Shown: positions 42,516 through 52,730, counted from the stretch's first letter. The stretch is DNA of 64,000 bases from an uncultured delta proteobacterium (GCA_963803435.1 CAWDML010000001.1:3072001-3136000); one strand, 5' to 3'. Numbers and translations are program-made. Notes: generated by a model from the letters alone, not told the origin.

Positions 42516-42643
42516 GCCGACTCCGCGTTCAGCGTCGGCAAGCCTGACGAAAGAACGGCCGATGCTTCGACCCATCAAATCGCGAGGTGCCGCACGCGGC
42601 CTCTGGCATGAGGAGAGCGATCGCGACGCGGTGCACGTGGATC

Positions 42644-43138
42644 TTACTTCTCCTCCGGCATCGCGATGTCGCCCATCATCATGATCGGCTCCTCGGGCGG
42701 GTGGGCCGGCTCGACGATCGTCGGCTCGCCCATCATGGTGGTGGGTGCGGAAGGCGTGGGCGGAGGCGGTGCGACGCTCGCGCCGCCCCAGGACGCGGAC
42801 AGGAGCGCGGTGCCGGCGGACAGCCACAGCGCGGCGAGGGCGGCGCCGGCGGAGACCGCGCGGCGGCGGCGGGCGCGGGCCAGCTGGGCGAGGCCGACGG
42901 GGCAGTCGGCGGTGAGGACGGTGCCGTCGCGGCGCGCGTAGAGGCGGCCACAGAACTTGCCTTCGGTGGCCTCGATCAGGTCGACCAGCTCGTCGGGGCT
43001 GAGGAGCGGGAGGTTGTAGACGTGTTTCTCACACCGGCCGCAGAAGCGCTTCCGGTCGTCGCCGGTCATGGCCTCCCAGGAGGCGTCGCAGGGGGAGGCG
43101 ATCCGGAGGGTGTCGACGATGGGGAGGGTCGGGGCCAT
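42644..43138 (-). CDS. Small membrane protein with a Cys-rich N-terminal domain
   Basis: IASPC...W..M.GD...RFC..C.K.VYNL...C.R...R.DG...T.DCP, then a TM and a Pro-rich tail with MMG motifs. Confidence 0.75.
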   Translation of the reverse strand: MAPTLPIVDTLRIASPCDASWEAMTGDDRKRFCGRCEKHVYNLPLLSPDELVDLIEATEGKFCGRLYARRDGTVLTADCPVGLAQLARARRRRAVSAGAALAALWLSAGTALLSASWGGASVAPPPPTPSAPTTMMGEPTIVEPAHPPEEPIMMMGDIAMPEEK

Positions 43139-43254
43139 GAGGCTCTTCAACGGGCGACGCGGCGGGAGGATTCTATGACAGAACGTCTGCGTGCCGGACG
43201 ATTTGACAACCGCACGGCCGCGGAAACATCGACGGCCGGGACCGGGTTCGCTCC

Positions 43255-43842
43255 GTGATGCGACGGCTGCTCCTCCTCCTGACCCTCTTCGAGCTCGGCT
43301 GCGGTGCGTCGACGCACGGGGTCGAGATCCGGCTGGCCCACGGGAGCGCCGGCGAGGCGAGCACGGCGCGCCAGCTCGAGGGGCTGATCTCGAAGTACGA
43401 CCTCGAGCCCTGGCGCTTCACCAGCGTCGTGATCATCGATGAGGAGAGCATTCCTCACAGCCATCCGGTGCTGACGCTCCACACGCGTCACGCGAAGGAC
43501 GATCTGCTGCTGCTCTCCACTTACGTGCACGAGCAGAGTCACTGGTACCTGGAGCAGAACCGGGAGAAGACGGCGAGCGCGGTCGCGGATCTGAAAGCGA
43601 TGTTCCCCGAGCTGCCGGTGGGCTATCCCGAGGGCGCGAACGATCTCGAGAGCTCGTACGAGCACCTGTTGGTGATCGCGCTGGAGCGCTTCGGCCTGAT
43701 CCGGACGGTCGGCGAGCTGGCCGCGCTGGAGGCGATGCAGTTCTGGACCACCGACCACTACCGCGCGCTCTACCGGATCGTGCTCGCCGATCCGCGGAAG
43801 ATCTGGGAGGTGCTCGAGCACCACGGGCTCGCGCCTCGGTGA
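43255..43842 (+). CDS. Lipoprotein with an HExxH zincin-like motif
   Basis: Hydrophobic signal ending LGC, YVHEQSHW. Confidence 0.65.
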   Translation: MMRRLLLLLTLFELGCGASTHGVEIRLAHGSAGEASTARQLEGLISKYDLEPWRFTSVVIIDEESIPHSHPVLTLHTRHAKDDLLLLSTYVHEQSHWYLEQNREKTASAVADLKAMFPELPVGYPEGANDLESSYEHLLVIALERFGLIRTVGELAALEAMQFWTTDHYRALYRIVLADPRKIWEVLEHHGLAPR

Positions 43843-43843
43843 C

Positions 43844-45190
43844 TCAGGGCTCGACGACGACGTACATCCCGAACAGGCACATCTCGTTGTTGCTCCCCAG
43901 CCCCGGGTAGACCGGCTCTGTCTCGCCGGAGGTGTCGAAGTGGCACGTCACGTCGAGCTTGGCGCCGTCGTCGATGAGGATCGGATCGCGATAGAAGTAG
44001 AAGCGCTGCCAGTCGAAGTCCCAGCGGAAGACATCGGCGAGGCAGGTGGAGGGCGCGCCCTCCTGTTCGAACGACACCTGCATCCCGCGCCCATGCCCGT
44101 GCATGTGAGGGAACGCGCCCTGGAGGAAGACGCGCGCGTTCGGCGAGCCGACGGCGGCCCTCAGCTGCGACAAGAGGTCGGCGGCCGGGACGCTGAAAGC
44201 GAACGGTACCTCCGGCATCCCCGGAGGCAGCATCGCCGGGTTGGGCCCGAACGCGGTGGCCAGGAACTCGTCGGGCAGTGCCATGAAGCCGGGCCTCTCC
44301 ACCTGGTCGGTCAGGCCGAGGTGGACGCGCGTCTGATCCGTCTCGTCGCCACCATGAAGGTGATAGTGGACCTGCAACACCAGGAGATGGGTCTTCTGGA
44401 GCAAGAGCCCGGTGCCCTCGGGATAGCGCGTCACGCCCGTCCCCGGCGCCCACGCTGCAGAGAGACCGGTCGGGACCACACCGTCGCCCGCGGCTCCGAA
44501 GCAGCTCCAGCCCGGACGGCTCGTGTCGGCGCGAAGAAGTTCGATCACCTGGCCGTTCGAGATCGGCCGACCCTCGCCGTCGACACCGACGGTGAGGTCC
44601 GGGTCGACGTCGTAGATGATCACGTGGTGCACCTGCTGCGGATCTCCCGGCTGGACCTCGAACGCGGTGATGAATCGATCGCGATCGAGCGCGGTCTCCA
44701 GGAGGAAGCAGCGGTAGTCGTCCTCCGGGTACTGCTCGGTGCCGGCAGGCCGGTACGGCTCCGCCATCTCCAGCTCGAGCCGATCGGCGCCCACCGAGTC
44801 CTCCGCCTCCGTGGCGCGCGCGGAGACGTCCGCGCCCATCGCCATCCCGTCCTCGACCCAGTCCTCGATCGTCCCGATCTCGGCGTCGGACAGCCAGCGC
44901 GAGGCCTGGAAGCTCTGGCAGCTCCCATCGTCGGTGACCTGCCAGGGCGGCATCACCCGCTCGCGCACGGCCGCGGCAGACGCCGGCCCCATCAGGCGGG
45001 CGATCTCGTAGCCCTCCAAGGAGAAGGGCGCGATCCCGCCGTCCCGGTGGCAGGCCACACATCGATCCCGATAGAGCGGGGCGACGTCCTGGGCCCAGGT
45101 CGCCCGCGGCGCGGGGTCCACAGGCTTGGGAGCCCCGCTGCATCCCGGCGATAGGAGCAAGAGGAGGGCAATCTTGGTCGAGGTGTTCAT
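43844..45190 (-). CDS. Lipoprotein: heme-c motif plus copper type II (PHM/DBM-like) monooxygenase domains
   Basis: SPGC lipobox, CVACH..GGIAPF.L..Y, MPPW, DDYRCF, VHH, QVHYH, PHMH and EMC copper-ligand motifs. Confidence 0.82.
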   Translation of the reverse strand: MNTSTKIALLLLLSPGCSGAPKPVDPAPRATWAQDVAPLYRDRCVACHRDGGIAPFSLEGYEIARLMGPASAAAVRERVMPPWQVTDDGSCQSFQASRWLSDAEIGTIEDWVEDGMAMGADVSARATEAEDSVGADRLELEMAEPYRPAGTEQYPEDDYRCFLLETALDRDRFITAFEVQPGDPQQVHHVIIYDVDPDLTVGVDGEGRPISNGQVIELLRADTSRPGWSCFGAAGDGVVPTGLSAAWAPGTGVTRYPEGTGLLLQKTHLLVLQVHYHLHGGDETDQTRVHLGLTDQVERPGFMALPDEFLATAFGPNPAMLPPGMPEVPFAFSVPAADLLSQLRAAVGSPNARVFLQGAFPHMHGHGRGMQVSFEQEGAPSTCLADVFRWDFDWQRFYFYRDPILIDDGAKLDVTCHFDTSGETEPVYPGLGSNNEMCLFGMYVVVEP

Positions 45191-45203
45191 TCAGCCGGCA
45201 CGA

Positions 45204-45292
45204 GACACCGGCCGGGGGTACGCCCGTCACCAGATCGCCGTCACATCCCAAAAGACGAAGGGCCGGTAACACCATTCGACCGCTCTGGTGTC
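45204..45292. promoter_or_regulatory. Back-to-back putative ECF sigma promoters (GGTRAC-N16-GGTGTC on each strand)
   Basis: Plus strand: GGTAAC 45265-45270, 16 nt, GGTGTC 45287-45292. Minus strand: GGTGAC 45231-45226, 16 nt, GGTGTC 45209-45204. Confidence 0.7.
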
Positions 45293-45322
45293 GCAGAGGA
45301 CTGTCGATGGAGATCGCAGGGG

Positions 45323-45803
45323 GTGAAGGTGGATGTCGACGCGTGCTACCGGCGATACGGGCCGATGGTCTTGCGGCGATGCCGGAGGCTCCTCCACGAC
45401 GAACAGAAGGCGCTCGACGCCATGCACGACGTGTTCGTCCAGCTACTCCGCTATCAGGCGTACGGCGAGGTGCAGTCGACGTCCTCGCTGCTCTATCGGA
45501 TCGCCACCAACGTTTGCCTCAATCGGATCCGCAGCGAGCGCCGGCACCCGGAGGATTCGGAACGACGACCTGCTCGGTCGCATCGCGGCGGCGGAGGATC
45601 CGGGCGAGCGCTCGAGCGCGCGCCGGCTCCTCGAACGCATCTTCCGTGGCCACGTCGAGTCGACGCGGACCATCGCCGTGCTTCATTGGGTGGACGGGAT
45701 GACGCTCGAGGAGGTCGCGCGTGAGGTCGGCCTCTCCGTCTCCGGTGTTCGAAAGCGCCTGCGCACGCTTCGCGAGTCCGTGGCCGGGCTCGAAGGAGTT
45801 TGA
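45323..45803 (+). CDS. ECF sigma factor (frameshift near 45560)
   Basis: Region 2 YRRYGPMV.RRC..LL.D...A.DA.HDVF...LYRIATN.CLN continues in another frame into region 4 DGMTLEEVA.EVGLS.SGVRKRL. Confidence 0.85.
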
Positions 45804-45804
45804 G

Positions 45805-46500
45805 ATGAGCGATCTGAAGCTCGAGCGCATGCTCCTCGGCGAGATCCCTCCCGAGGAGACCGATCAGGTCCGTCTCGACGCGCTCCGCCGAGAGAACCAG
45901 GAGATCCTCGAGGCCCATCCACCGGCGCAGGTGGTGGCGGAGATCGAACGGCGCCGCCGGCGGGCGGAGAAGCGTCGGGGTCTCCGGATCGCGGCCCCTG
46001 CGCTGGCGGCGGCGATGGCGGCGGCCCTGATCGTGCTGGCGCTTCCCCCGCAGGAGACCGAGCGTCCGAAGGGTGCCGTGCCCTACCTGGTGATCGATCG
46101 GCGCGCGGGTGACCACGCCGATCGGCTGACCTCCGGCGCAACGGTCGAGAGCGGCGATCTGCTCCAGATCAGCTACGTCGCGCTGGGCAGGCCGTACGGT
46201 GTGATCTTCTCGATCGACGGACGTGGTGTGGTGACGCTCCATCATCCCAGCTCCCCGAAGGGGCCGGCCTCGCTGGAGTCGCCCGACCACCCGGTGCCGC
46301 TGCCGACCGCCTACGAGCTCGATGACGCCCCCTCCTTCGAGCGGTTCTTCTTCGTGGCTTCGCCGGCCGCCCTCGACGTCGACCGCGTGCTCGAGACCGC
46401 TCGGGCCTTCGCCGCGGATTGAGAGAACGTCGAGCGCGGCGACCTCGAGCTCTCCGGCGTGGAGGTGAGCTCCGTGCTCCTGGAAAAGGGTGCCCCATGA
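45805..46500 (+). CDS. Putative anti-sigma factor with TM and DUF4384-like periplasmic domain (frameshift near 46420)
   Basis: SDL.LER.LLGE N-terminus, TM, R.KG, GD.LQISY, SIDGRG.VT.H.P, ELDDAP..ERFF. The shifted tail ...VLLEKGAP* ends at 46500, overlapping the caspase ATG. Confidence 0.75.
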
Positions 46501-48377
46501 AGACTGCCGCTCTCGCCCTCGCGCTGCTCCTCACCGCTTCGTCCGCGAACGGGGCCGCCCCCGAGCGCACGGCGATCCGCCGATTCGCGCTGATCGTCGG
46601 GATGAACGACGGCGGCAAGAAGCGCGTCGAGCTCCGCTACGCCACCGACGACGCGCGGAGGATGGCGAGCGTGCTCGAGGATCTCGGCGGCCTCTCCGAC
46701 GCCGATCGCACCGTACTGCTCTCCGCGGACCGCGCGCAGCTCACGTCTGCGCTGGAGCTGATGCGCGCCCGGATCGCCGCCGCCAAGCGGCCCGGCACGC
46801 TCCGCCAGCTCATCTTCTACTACTCCGGACACTCGGACGGTGAAGGCCTCCTCCTCGGCAACGAGCATGTGAAGTATGGCGACCTCCGGAAGATGCTCCA
46901 GGACGTAGGCGCGGACATCCAGATCGCCATCCTCGACTCGTGCGCGTCGGGTGCGCTGGTCCGAAGCAAGGGAGGTCGGACCCGCCCGCCCTTCTTGCTC
47001 GACGAGTCGAACAAGGTGCGCGGCCACGTCTTCCTCACCTCGAGCTCGGAGAACGAGGTGGCGCAGGAGTCCGATCGGATCGGCGGTTCGTTCTTCACCC
47101 ACTACCTGATCTCCGGCCTGCGGGGCGCCGCCGACACCTCCCACGACGGAAAGGTCACGCTCAGCGAGGCCTACCAGTTCGCGTTCGACGAGACGCTCAA
47201 GCGCACCGAGCAGACGACCGGGGGGGCGCAGCACGCCTCCTACGACATGCAGCTGGCCGGCAGCGGCGATCTGGTCATCACCGATCTGCGTGAGAGCGCC
47301 GCGCGCCTGACCTTCGGCGCCGACCTCGACGGGCGGTTCTACGTGCGTGACACCTCCGGGCGCCTGGTCGCCGAGCTGTACAAGGCGCGCGGGCGCCCCG
47401 CCGAGCTGGGGCTCGAGCCTGGCCGGTATCAGATCACGCAGGAGGTCGAGGGCGCGCTCCGCGTGGCGACGATCGTGGTCGAGCGAGGCGAGACCCCCTC
47501 CCTGGCCGAGCTCACTCCGGTCGAAGGTGAGCAGGCGATCGCGCGCGGGGATTCGGACGAGGAGGCGCCGTACTATCCAATCGGCGTCTCGCTGATCCCG
47601 CAGCTGAGCACCTCCTTCTCCCGGCGGATCACGACGAACTTCGCGCTCGACGTCCTCTGGGGTGCGTACGCGAACGTCCGCGGCGCCCAGATCTCGTCGC
47701 TGGTCGGCCAAGTCGACAAGGACCTCCACGGCGTCCAGATCGCTGGCATCGTCGGAATCACCGGGGACACGGTCGTGGGCGCGCAGATCTCGGGCGTGGT
47801 CAACTGGGCCGGCACCGTCGAGGGCGCGCAGATCGGGGTGGTCAACGTGGCGGGCGACGGACGCGGCGTCCAGATCGGAGTGGTCAACGTCGCCGAGCAC
47901 TTCGAGGGCCTGCGCCTGGGCCTGTTCAACATCTCGAAGGACACGATCTACCGGCCGTCGGCCTGGACCGGCGAGACGAGCCCGCTCGAGGTGGGGTTCA
48001 AGATGCAGGACGGGTCGGTCTACACGCTGGTCACCGCCGGCGCCCGCTCGTTCACCTCGGCGGGCCCCTGGACCTTCGGCTACGGGCTCGGCGGCGAGAT
48101 CGCGTTCGGTCGCTTCTTCGTCGACATCGACGCCACCGCGATGAGCGTGCATTTGAACCATGGCTTCGCCAACGCGAAGCTGCTGCCGGTGCGGCTCCGC
48201 GTAACCGCGGGCGTGCGGATCCTGCCGCGGATCGCGATCTTCGGCGGAGTGGCGGGCACGGTCGCCATCGACTTCGATCAGCCGGCCGGGCTCGACCTGT
48301 ATGCGCCCAAGTGGGCGAAGCGGGTCTCGAACGACATCGCGATCTGGCCGGGGTTCGTGCTCGGGCTCGAGATCTGA
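46497..48377 (+). CDS. Exported caspase-family (C14) protease with C-terminal GxQIxxxN repeats and a beta-rich terminus
   Basis: Signal peptide, RFAL..G.N.G, LRYA..DA, FYYSGHSDG (His), ILDSCASG (Cys), AQES....GSFFTH, repeated G(A/V)QIGVVN, terminal WPGFVLGLEI. Confidence 0.88.
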   Translation: MKTAALALALLLTASSANGAAPERTAIRRFALIVGMNDGGKKRVELRYATDDARRMASVLEDLGGLSDADRTVLLSADRAQLTSALELMRARIAAAKRPGTLRQLIFYYSGHSDGEGLLLGNEHVKYGDLRKMLQDVGADIQIAILDSCASGALVRSKGGRTRPPFLLDESNKVRGHVFLTSSSENEVAQESDRIGGSFFTHYLISGLRGAADTSHDGKVTLSEAYQFAFDETLKRTEQTTGGAQHASYDMQLAGSGDLVITDLRESAARLTFGADLDGRFYVRDTSGRLVAELYKARGRPAELGLEPGRYQITQEVEGALRVATIVVERGETPSLAELTPVEGEQAIARGDSDEEAPYYPIGVSLIPQLSTSFSRRITTNFALDVLWGAYANVRGAQISSLVGQVDKDLHGVQIAGIVGITGDTVVGAQISGVVNWAGTVEGAQIGVVNVAGDGRGVQIGVVNVAEHFEGLRLGLFNISKDTIYRPSAWTGETSPLEVGFKMQDGSVYTLVTAGARSFTSAGPWTFGYGLGGEIAFGRFFVDIDATAMSVHLNHGFANAKLLPVRLRVTAGVRILPRIAIFGGVAGTVAIDFDQPAGLDLYAPKWAKRVSNDIAIWPGFVLGLEI

Positions 48378-48384
48378 GGCGCGC

Positions 48385-50599
48385 TCACTCTTCGGGGCGC
48401 GTCTTCGCGAGCATCGTGGTCTCGATGAGCTCGCGAAGGTTGCGATCCAGGTGGAGGAACTGCTGCTCCATGAGCAGGTTGTGGTGGACCGCCTCGTAGA
48501 AGAGGCCGGGGTGCTCCTCTCGGACCTCCTCCAGCGAGAAGTCCTGGACGAAGTCCTCCGCGGAGTAGCGGGAGCCGAGGGCGAGCTCGATCTTGGAGGG
48601 CGCCTTCACCTGCTCGAGTAGAAGAATGTCGGCGATGTGCCGGAGGAAACCCACGAGGTCGAGGGGGCCCTCCTCGTCGAGGTTGTTGTCCTCGCGGATG
48701 ATGGCGAGCATGTCGATCAGCTCTTCCCAGTGCGTGTGGAGGATGCAGACCGCGGACGAGATGATCGTGTTGCGGACGCGCAGCTTGACCTGGGGTCCGG
48801 TGGGCGTGTCGTTGATCGCGACCGGATACTCCTGACCGTCGATCTCGAGGCGGGCGATGAAGCTGGAGCGGCGTTCGAGGACGGAGACCAGCCGGCGGCG
48901 GCGCGGGAGCGTCAGGATGAACTGGGCCCCCTCGACGATGTCCTCGTTGAGGATGGGCTCGCCCTCCCGGGTCTCGAGGAAATCGGAGATGTCGACGGCG
49001 TCGTTCACGCGGAGGTTCTCGTCGGCGGAGAGCTCTTCGTAGCAGCGCTGAGCGGAGTTACGGATCCGCACCGGGAGCGAGATGGCGGTCTCGTCGGGGG
49101 CCAGGTTCTTGAGGAAGCTGCCGACGATGCCGCCGTCGTCCTCGCGTCGCCAGCCGACGGCCTTCTGGATCCGCTCCAGACCGGCGCGGAGACGCGTGAC
49201 GCCAGCGCTGTTGATGTCGCCCCAGGCGAAGAAGAAGCGCTGATCCTCGATGGCCACGCCGTAGAACTCATCGCCGAACGCGAAGCCGCCGACGAAGTCG
49301 TTCTCTCCCTCCGGAGCCGTCTCGCGGCTGAGGAACCGGTCGAGGAGACGCTCGCACGCGATGCGCATCGCGGTGGTGCCCTGCCAGAAGTTCTCGCGGG
49401 CGATCGCCTTGTGGATCAGGGCGCCGACGTCGCCCTCGACCGCCATGCCCTCGAGATCGGCCGGGGAGAGCTCGTGGAGATAGTCCTCGAGCTCCGACAT
49501 GACCTCGGCCGGCCCGTCATCCATCTCGGAGGCGAGCTGCGCCGAGATCGTCGCGCGAGGAGCGGACCCACTGATAGACCGTGGTGCGGTAGTCGCTCTT
49601 GGCCTCGTGGATCGAGGTGTGGCCGCGGAGCTGCCCGAGCTTGGCGGCGCGGTAGGCGTCGTCGTTGAGCCGCTGCGCGAGGGCCTCGTAGTCGGAGTCC
49701 CGCTCGGAGGGACGGGCCTTGGCGATGCCGATGTAGAAGTGCACCTCGTTCGGGTGCGTGCGCCCTTCCTTGCCCCAGACGCGATCCACGATCCACTTCC
49801 GTGTCTCGGCGGACGTGATCTTCGTGATCAGCTCGCGAACCTCGCGCGCGGAACGATCGACCGCCACCAGCCGGTAGGACTTGCCGGCCTTGTGAAAGAC
49901 GTGGAGCTTCGGCTCGCTCTCGAGCACGTCGGCGAGCCGCTCGCCGAGCGCGCGCACGAAGGCGGCAGCGACGCGATGACCGTGTCGGATCGCGAAGCGC
50001 TTGAAGGCCTGGTACTCGATCGCGACCACCGCCAAGCTCTCGATCTGGTCGTAGGTATAGGCGGCGGCCTCGTCGAGGAGGAGATTGCGGTACGCCTGGA
50101 GGCCGCGCACCGGGATCCCTGGCTGCTCCGACGAGGCGGCCAGCCGGTAGGCCGAGCGCACCTCGCTCTCGCCCTCGGGGGCGGTGGCAGCCTCCATCTC
50201 CTGGGTGATGCTGGCGACCACCAGGAGCAGCTCGCGCTCCGTCGGGCGGCGCCGGCGACCGCCCGCGACCACGTACCACCCGTCGTGATCCTCGCGCTGC
50301 TCGAAGGTGAGCCGGCGTCCGTGCGGCGTCAGCCCGGTGATCATCAGCGTCTTGTCGCGGCGCGAGAACCTCACCAGCTGGAGCGTCTCGCCCAGCTGCA
50401 CCGGCTGCGACGGAACCACGAGCGTGCTGTCGAAGCGGTCCGCAGGGCCGATGTACGAGAGGTCGCGCGTGAGCTCGCCCTCGGGGTGCATGGGCGGGAG
50501 GGGCTCGATCGTCTCGGAGAGCGGAAGGTCGCCGGTGTCGGTAACGTCGGTCTTGCCATCGTCCATCTCGTCGAATGGGGGGTCGTGATCGCCGCTCAT
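48385..50599 (-). CDS. Large protein with a degenerate GGDEF-like domain (frameshift near 49525)
   Basis: ATG 50599 overlaps the stop of the GMC gene. LAVVAIEYQAFKRF...HGH...LGERL, FYIGIA and DDAYRAAK follow the GGDEF layout. The frame continues into ORF 48385-49524. Confidence 0.65.
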
Positions 50600-52185
50600 A
50601 CATCCGCCTTGGCAGGGATGTGGCTCATCGCGTGCTCCGCGATGGCCGTGATGGTGAGGCTCGGATTCACGCCCAGGTTCGCCGGGATCATCAATCCGTC
50701 GATCACGTAGAGACCTGGGTGTCCGAACACCTGGTTGCGATCGTCGACCACACCTTCCTCTCGCGTGGTCGCCATGTTGCAGCCACCGAGGATGTGTGCG
50801 GTGGTCGGGACGTCGAGCGTGACCTCGTTGATCGCGCTGGACGCGTAGCCGTTCTGAAGCTGCGCGACCACCCGCGCGAAGTCGTTCGCGCCCTTGATGT
50901 ACGTGGGGATGCGGGCCTGGCCTTCGGTGCGGTACGAGTTCAGCGTCTTCTTGAAGGGCGAGAACCAGCGCCGCTCCGTCTTGAGATTGATGCTGTTCTC
51001 CTCGGTCTGCATCACCAGCAGGATGAGGGTACGCTTGGCCCATCCGAAGGGTACCAGGCTGCGGGTGAAGTCGATCGGGTGACGGGCGACCTCGCCGATC
51101 CAGCGGAGAAATCGCGGGAGCTTTCCGCCGCCGTCGGTGAGGAGCGTGCCGAGGGCGCTGAGCGCGTCGGAGCCCTCGCTGTAGCGGACGGCCTCGATGT
51201 GCGTGCCGTCGGACAGGTGGACGCCCGACCCGATCGCGATCCCCTCGGAGTACGACACGTCGCTCTGTCGCGCGGTCGAGCCGATGATCGCCTCGCTGTT
51301 GGTCCGCACGTAGCGCCCGAGCCGTGGCGACACGTTCTCGAGCGACCCACGCTCGCGGCAGGTCATCAGCAGCTTGACCGTGCCGAGGACCCCGGCCGCG
51401 ACGATCACGTTCTTCGCGCGATAGGTCTTTCTGCCCTTCGCCAGGAGCGAGGTCGAACGTCGCGTGTCGACCTCGTACCCACCCTCGATCGGGCGGATCA
51501 GCTCGACCAAGGTCTCGGGGAAGATCTCGGCGCCGTGCTTCTCGGCGAACCAGAGGTAGTTCTTGTCGAGCGTGTTCTTGGCGTTGAAGCGGCAACCGAC
51601 CATGCAGCCCCCGCAGAACACGCACCCGGTCCGGTCGGGACCCTCTCCTCCAAAGTAGGGGTCGCTGACGGTCTTGCCCGGCTCACCGAAGTAGACGCCG
51701 ACGTGCGTGCGCTCGAAGGTGTGGCCCTGTCCAATCTTCTCGGCGGCCTTCTTGAGCAGGACGTCCGCCGGGAAGTCGTGGGGAGGCGTGGTCACTCCCA
51801 GCATGCGCTGAGCCGTCTCGTAGTGGGCGGCGAGCGCTTGCTTCCAGTCCGTCCCGGCCGGCCACTGTCCGCGCGTGAACGCCTCGTCGGGCGGCACCAA
51901 GAGGGTGTTGGCGTAGACGAGGCTCCCGCCGCCCACGCCCGCGCCGCCCAGGATCAGGACGTCCTTCAGGAGTGTCATCCGGAAGATGCCGTGGCAGAGG
52001 GCTTCCGGGAACCAGAGGAACTTTCTTATCGACCAGTTGGTCCGGGGGAAGTCGTGGGCCGTCCAGCGCTTGCCCGCCTCCAGCACGCCGACCGTGTAGC
52101 CCTTCTCCGCCAGACGCATGGCGGAGACGGCGCCTCCAAACCCGGAGCCGATGATCAGCCAATCGAGCTCTCGATCAACACGCAC
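50596..52185 (-). CDS. GMC oxidoreductase, cholesterol oxidase (ChoD)-like
   Basis: IIGSGFGGAVSA.RL.EKGY, GVGGGSLVYAN, C..CGGCM.GCR..AKNTL..NYL, TAHILGG and NLGVNPSLTITA.AE motifs. Confidence 0.9.
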   Translation of the reverse strand: MRVDRELDWLIIGSGFGGAVSAMRLAEKGYTVGVLEAGKRWTAHDFPRTNWSIRKFLWFPEALCHGIFRMTLLKDVLILGGAGVGGGSLVYANTLLVPPDEAFTRGQWPAGTDWKQALAAHYETAQRMLGVTTPPHDFPADVLLKKAAEKIGQGHTFERTHVGVYFGEPGKTVSDPYFGGEGPDRTGCVFCGGCMVGCRFNAKNTLDKNYLWFAEKHGAEIFPETLVELIRPIEGGYEVDTRRSTSLLAKGRKTYRAKNVIVAAGVLGTVKLLMTCRERGSLENVSPRLGRYVRTNSEAIIGSTARQSDVSYSEGIAIGSGVHLSDGTHIEAVRYSEGSDALSALGTLLTDGGGKLPRFLRWIGEVARHPIDFTRSLVPFGWAKRTLILLVMQTEENSINLKTERRWFSPFKKTLNSYRTEGQARIPTYIKGANDFARVVAQLQNGYASSAINEVTLDVPTTAHILGGCNMATTREEGVVDDRNQVFGHPGLYVIDGLMIPANLGVNPSLTITAIAEHAMSHIPAKADV

Positions 52186-52730
52186 GTCGTCTCATGATGA
52201 ACCACGCCGCGACCAGGGCGAGCAAGTACCCTGATCCGCGACCGTTCTGCGCTGTGGCGCACGTGCAGCCCTTCTTCTTCTCGGACTCCGTCCCGGCGTC
52301 CGGCGTGGTCCCGGTGTCGGGCACGCCGGCGTCCACCAGCTCGTCGTTGATGCAGATGCCGACCAGCCCGCAGCTCGCACCCGGCTGACAGACGAGCGAG
52401 TCGTCGTCGCAGATGATGCCGCCGGGAACCAGGCAATGGTCGCCCTCGCAGGTGCCCTCGAAGCTGGTGCAGTCGACGATCCAAGGCCGGCCGTAGCTGC
52501 AGTCGTAGATGAGCTGGTCGCCGCGACACGTGCGGATGTCGGCGTCGACGCAGGCGCCTGCGTTGGGATCGCAGACCGCCTCCTCGAACGTCTCCACGCA
52601 CCCGGGCGCGGTTCCCTGGCAGAACGCGAACTCGTACTCGCCGTTACCCACGTCGAACACGCAGGCCTCGCCGGTCCCCAGCGCGCAGTCGACGCCGTAC
52701 GCCGGATCGAATCTCCTCGCAGATGGCCGT
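52175..52730 (-). CDS. Cys-rich MYXO-CTERM protein, 5' end broken or missing
   Basis: Many Cys, DAG-rich linker, KKKGCTCAT-TM-RRR sorting signal. The upstream frame closes without a signal peptide. Confidence 0.6.
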
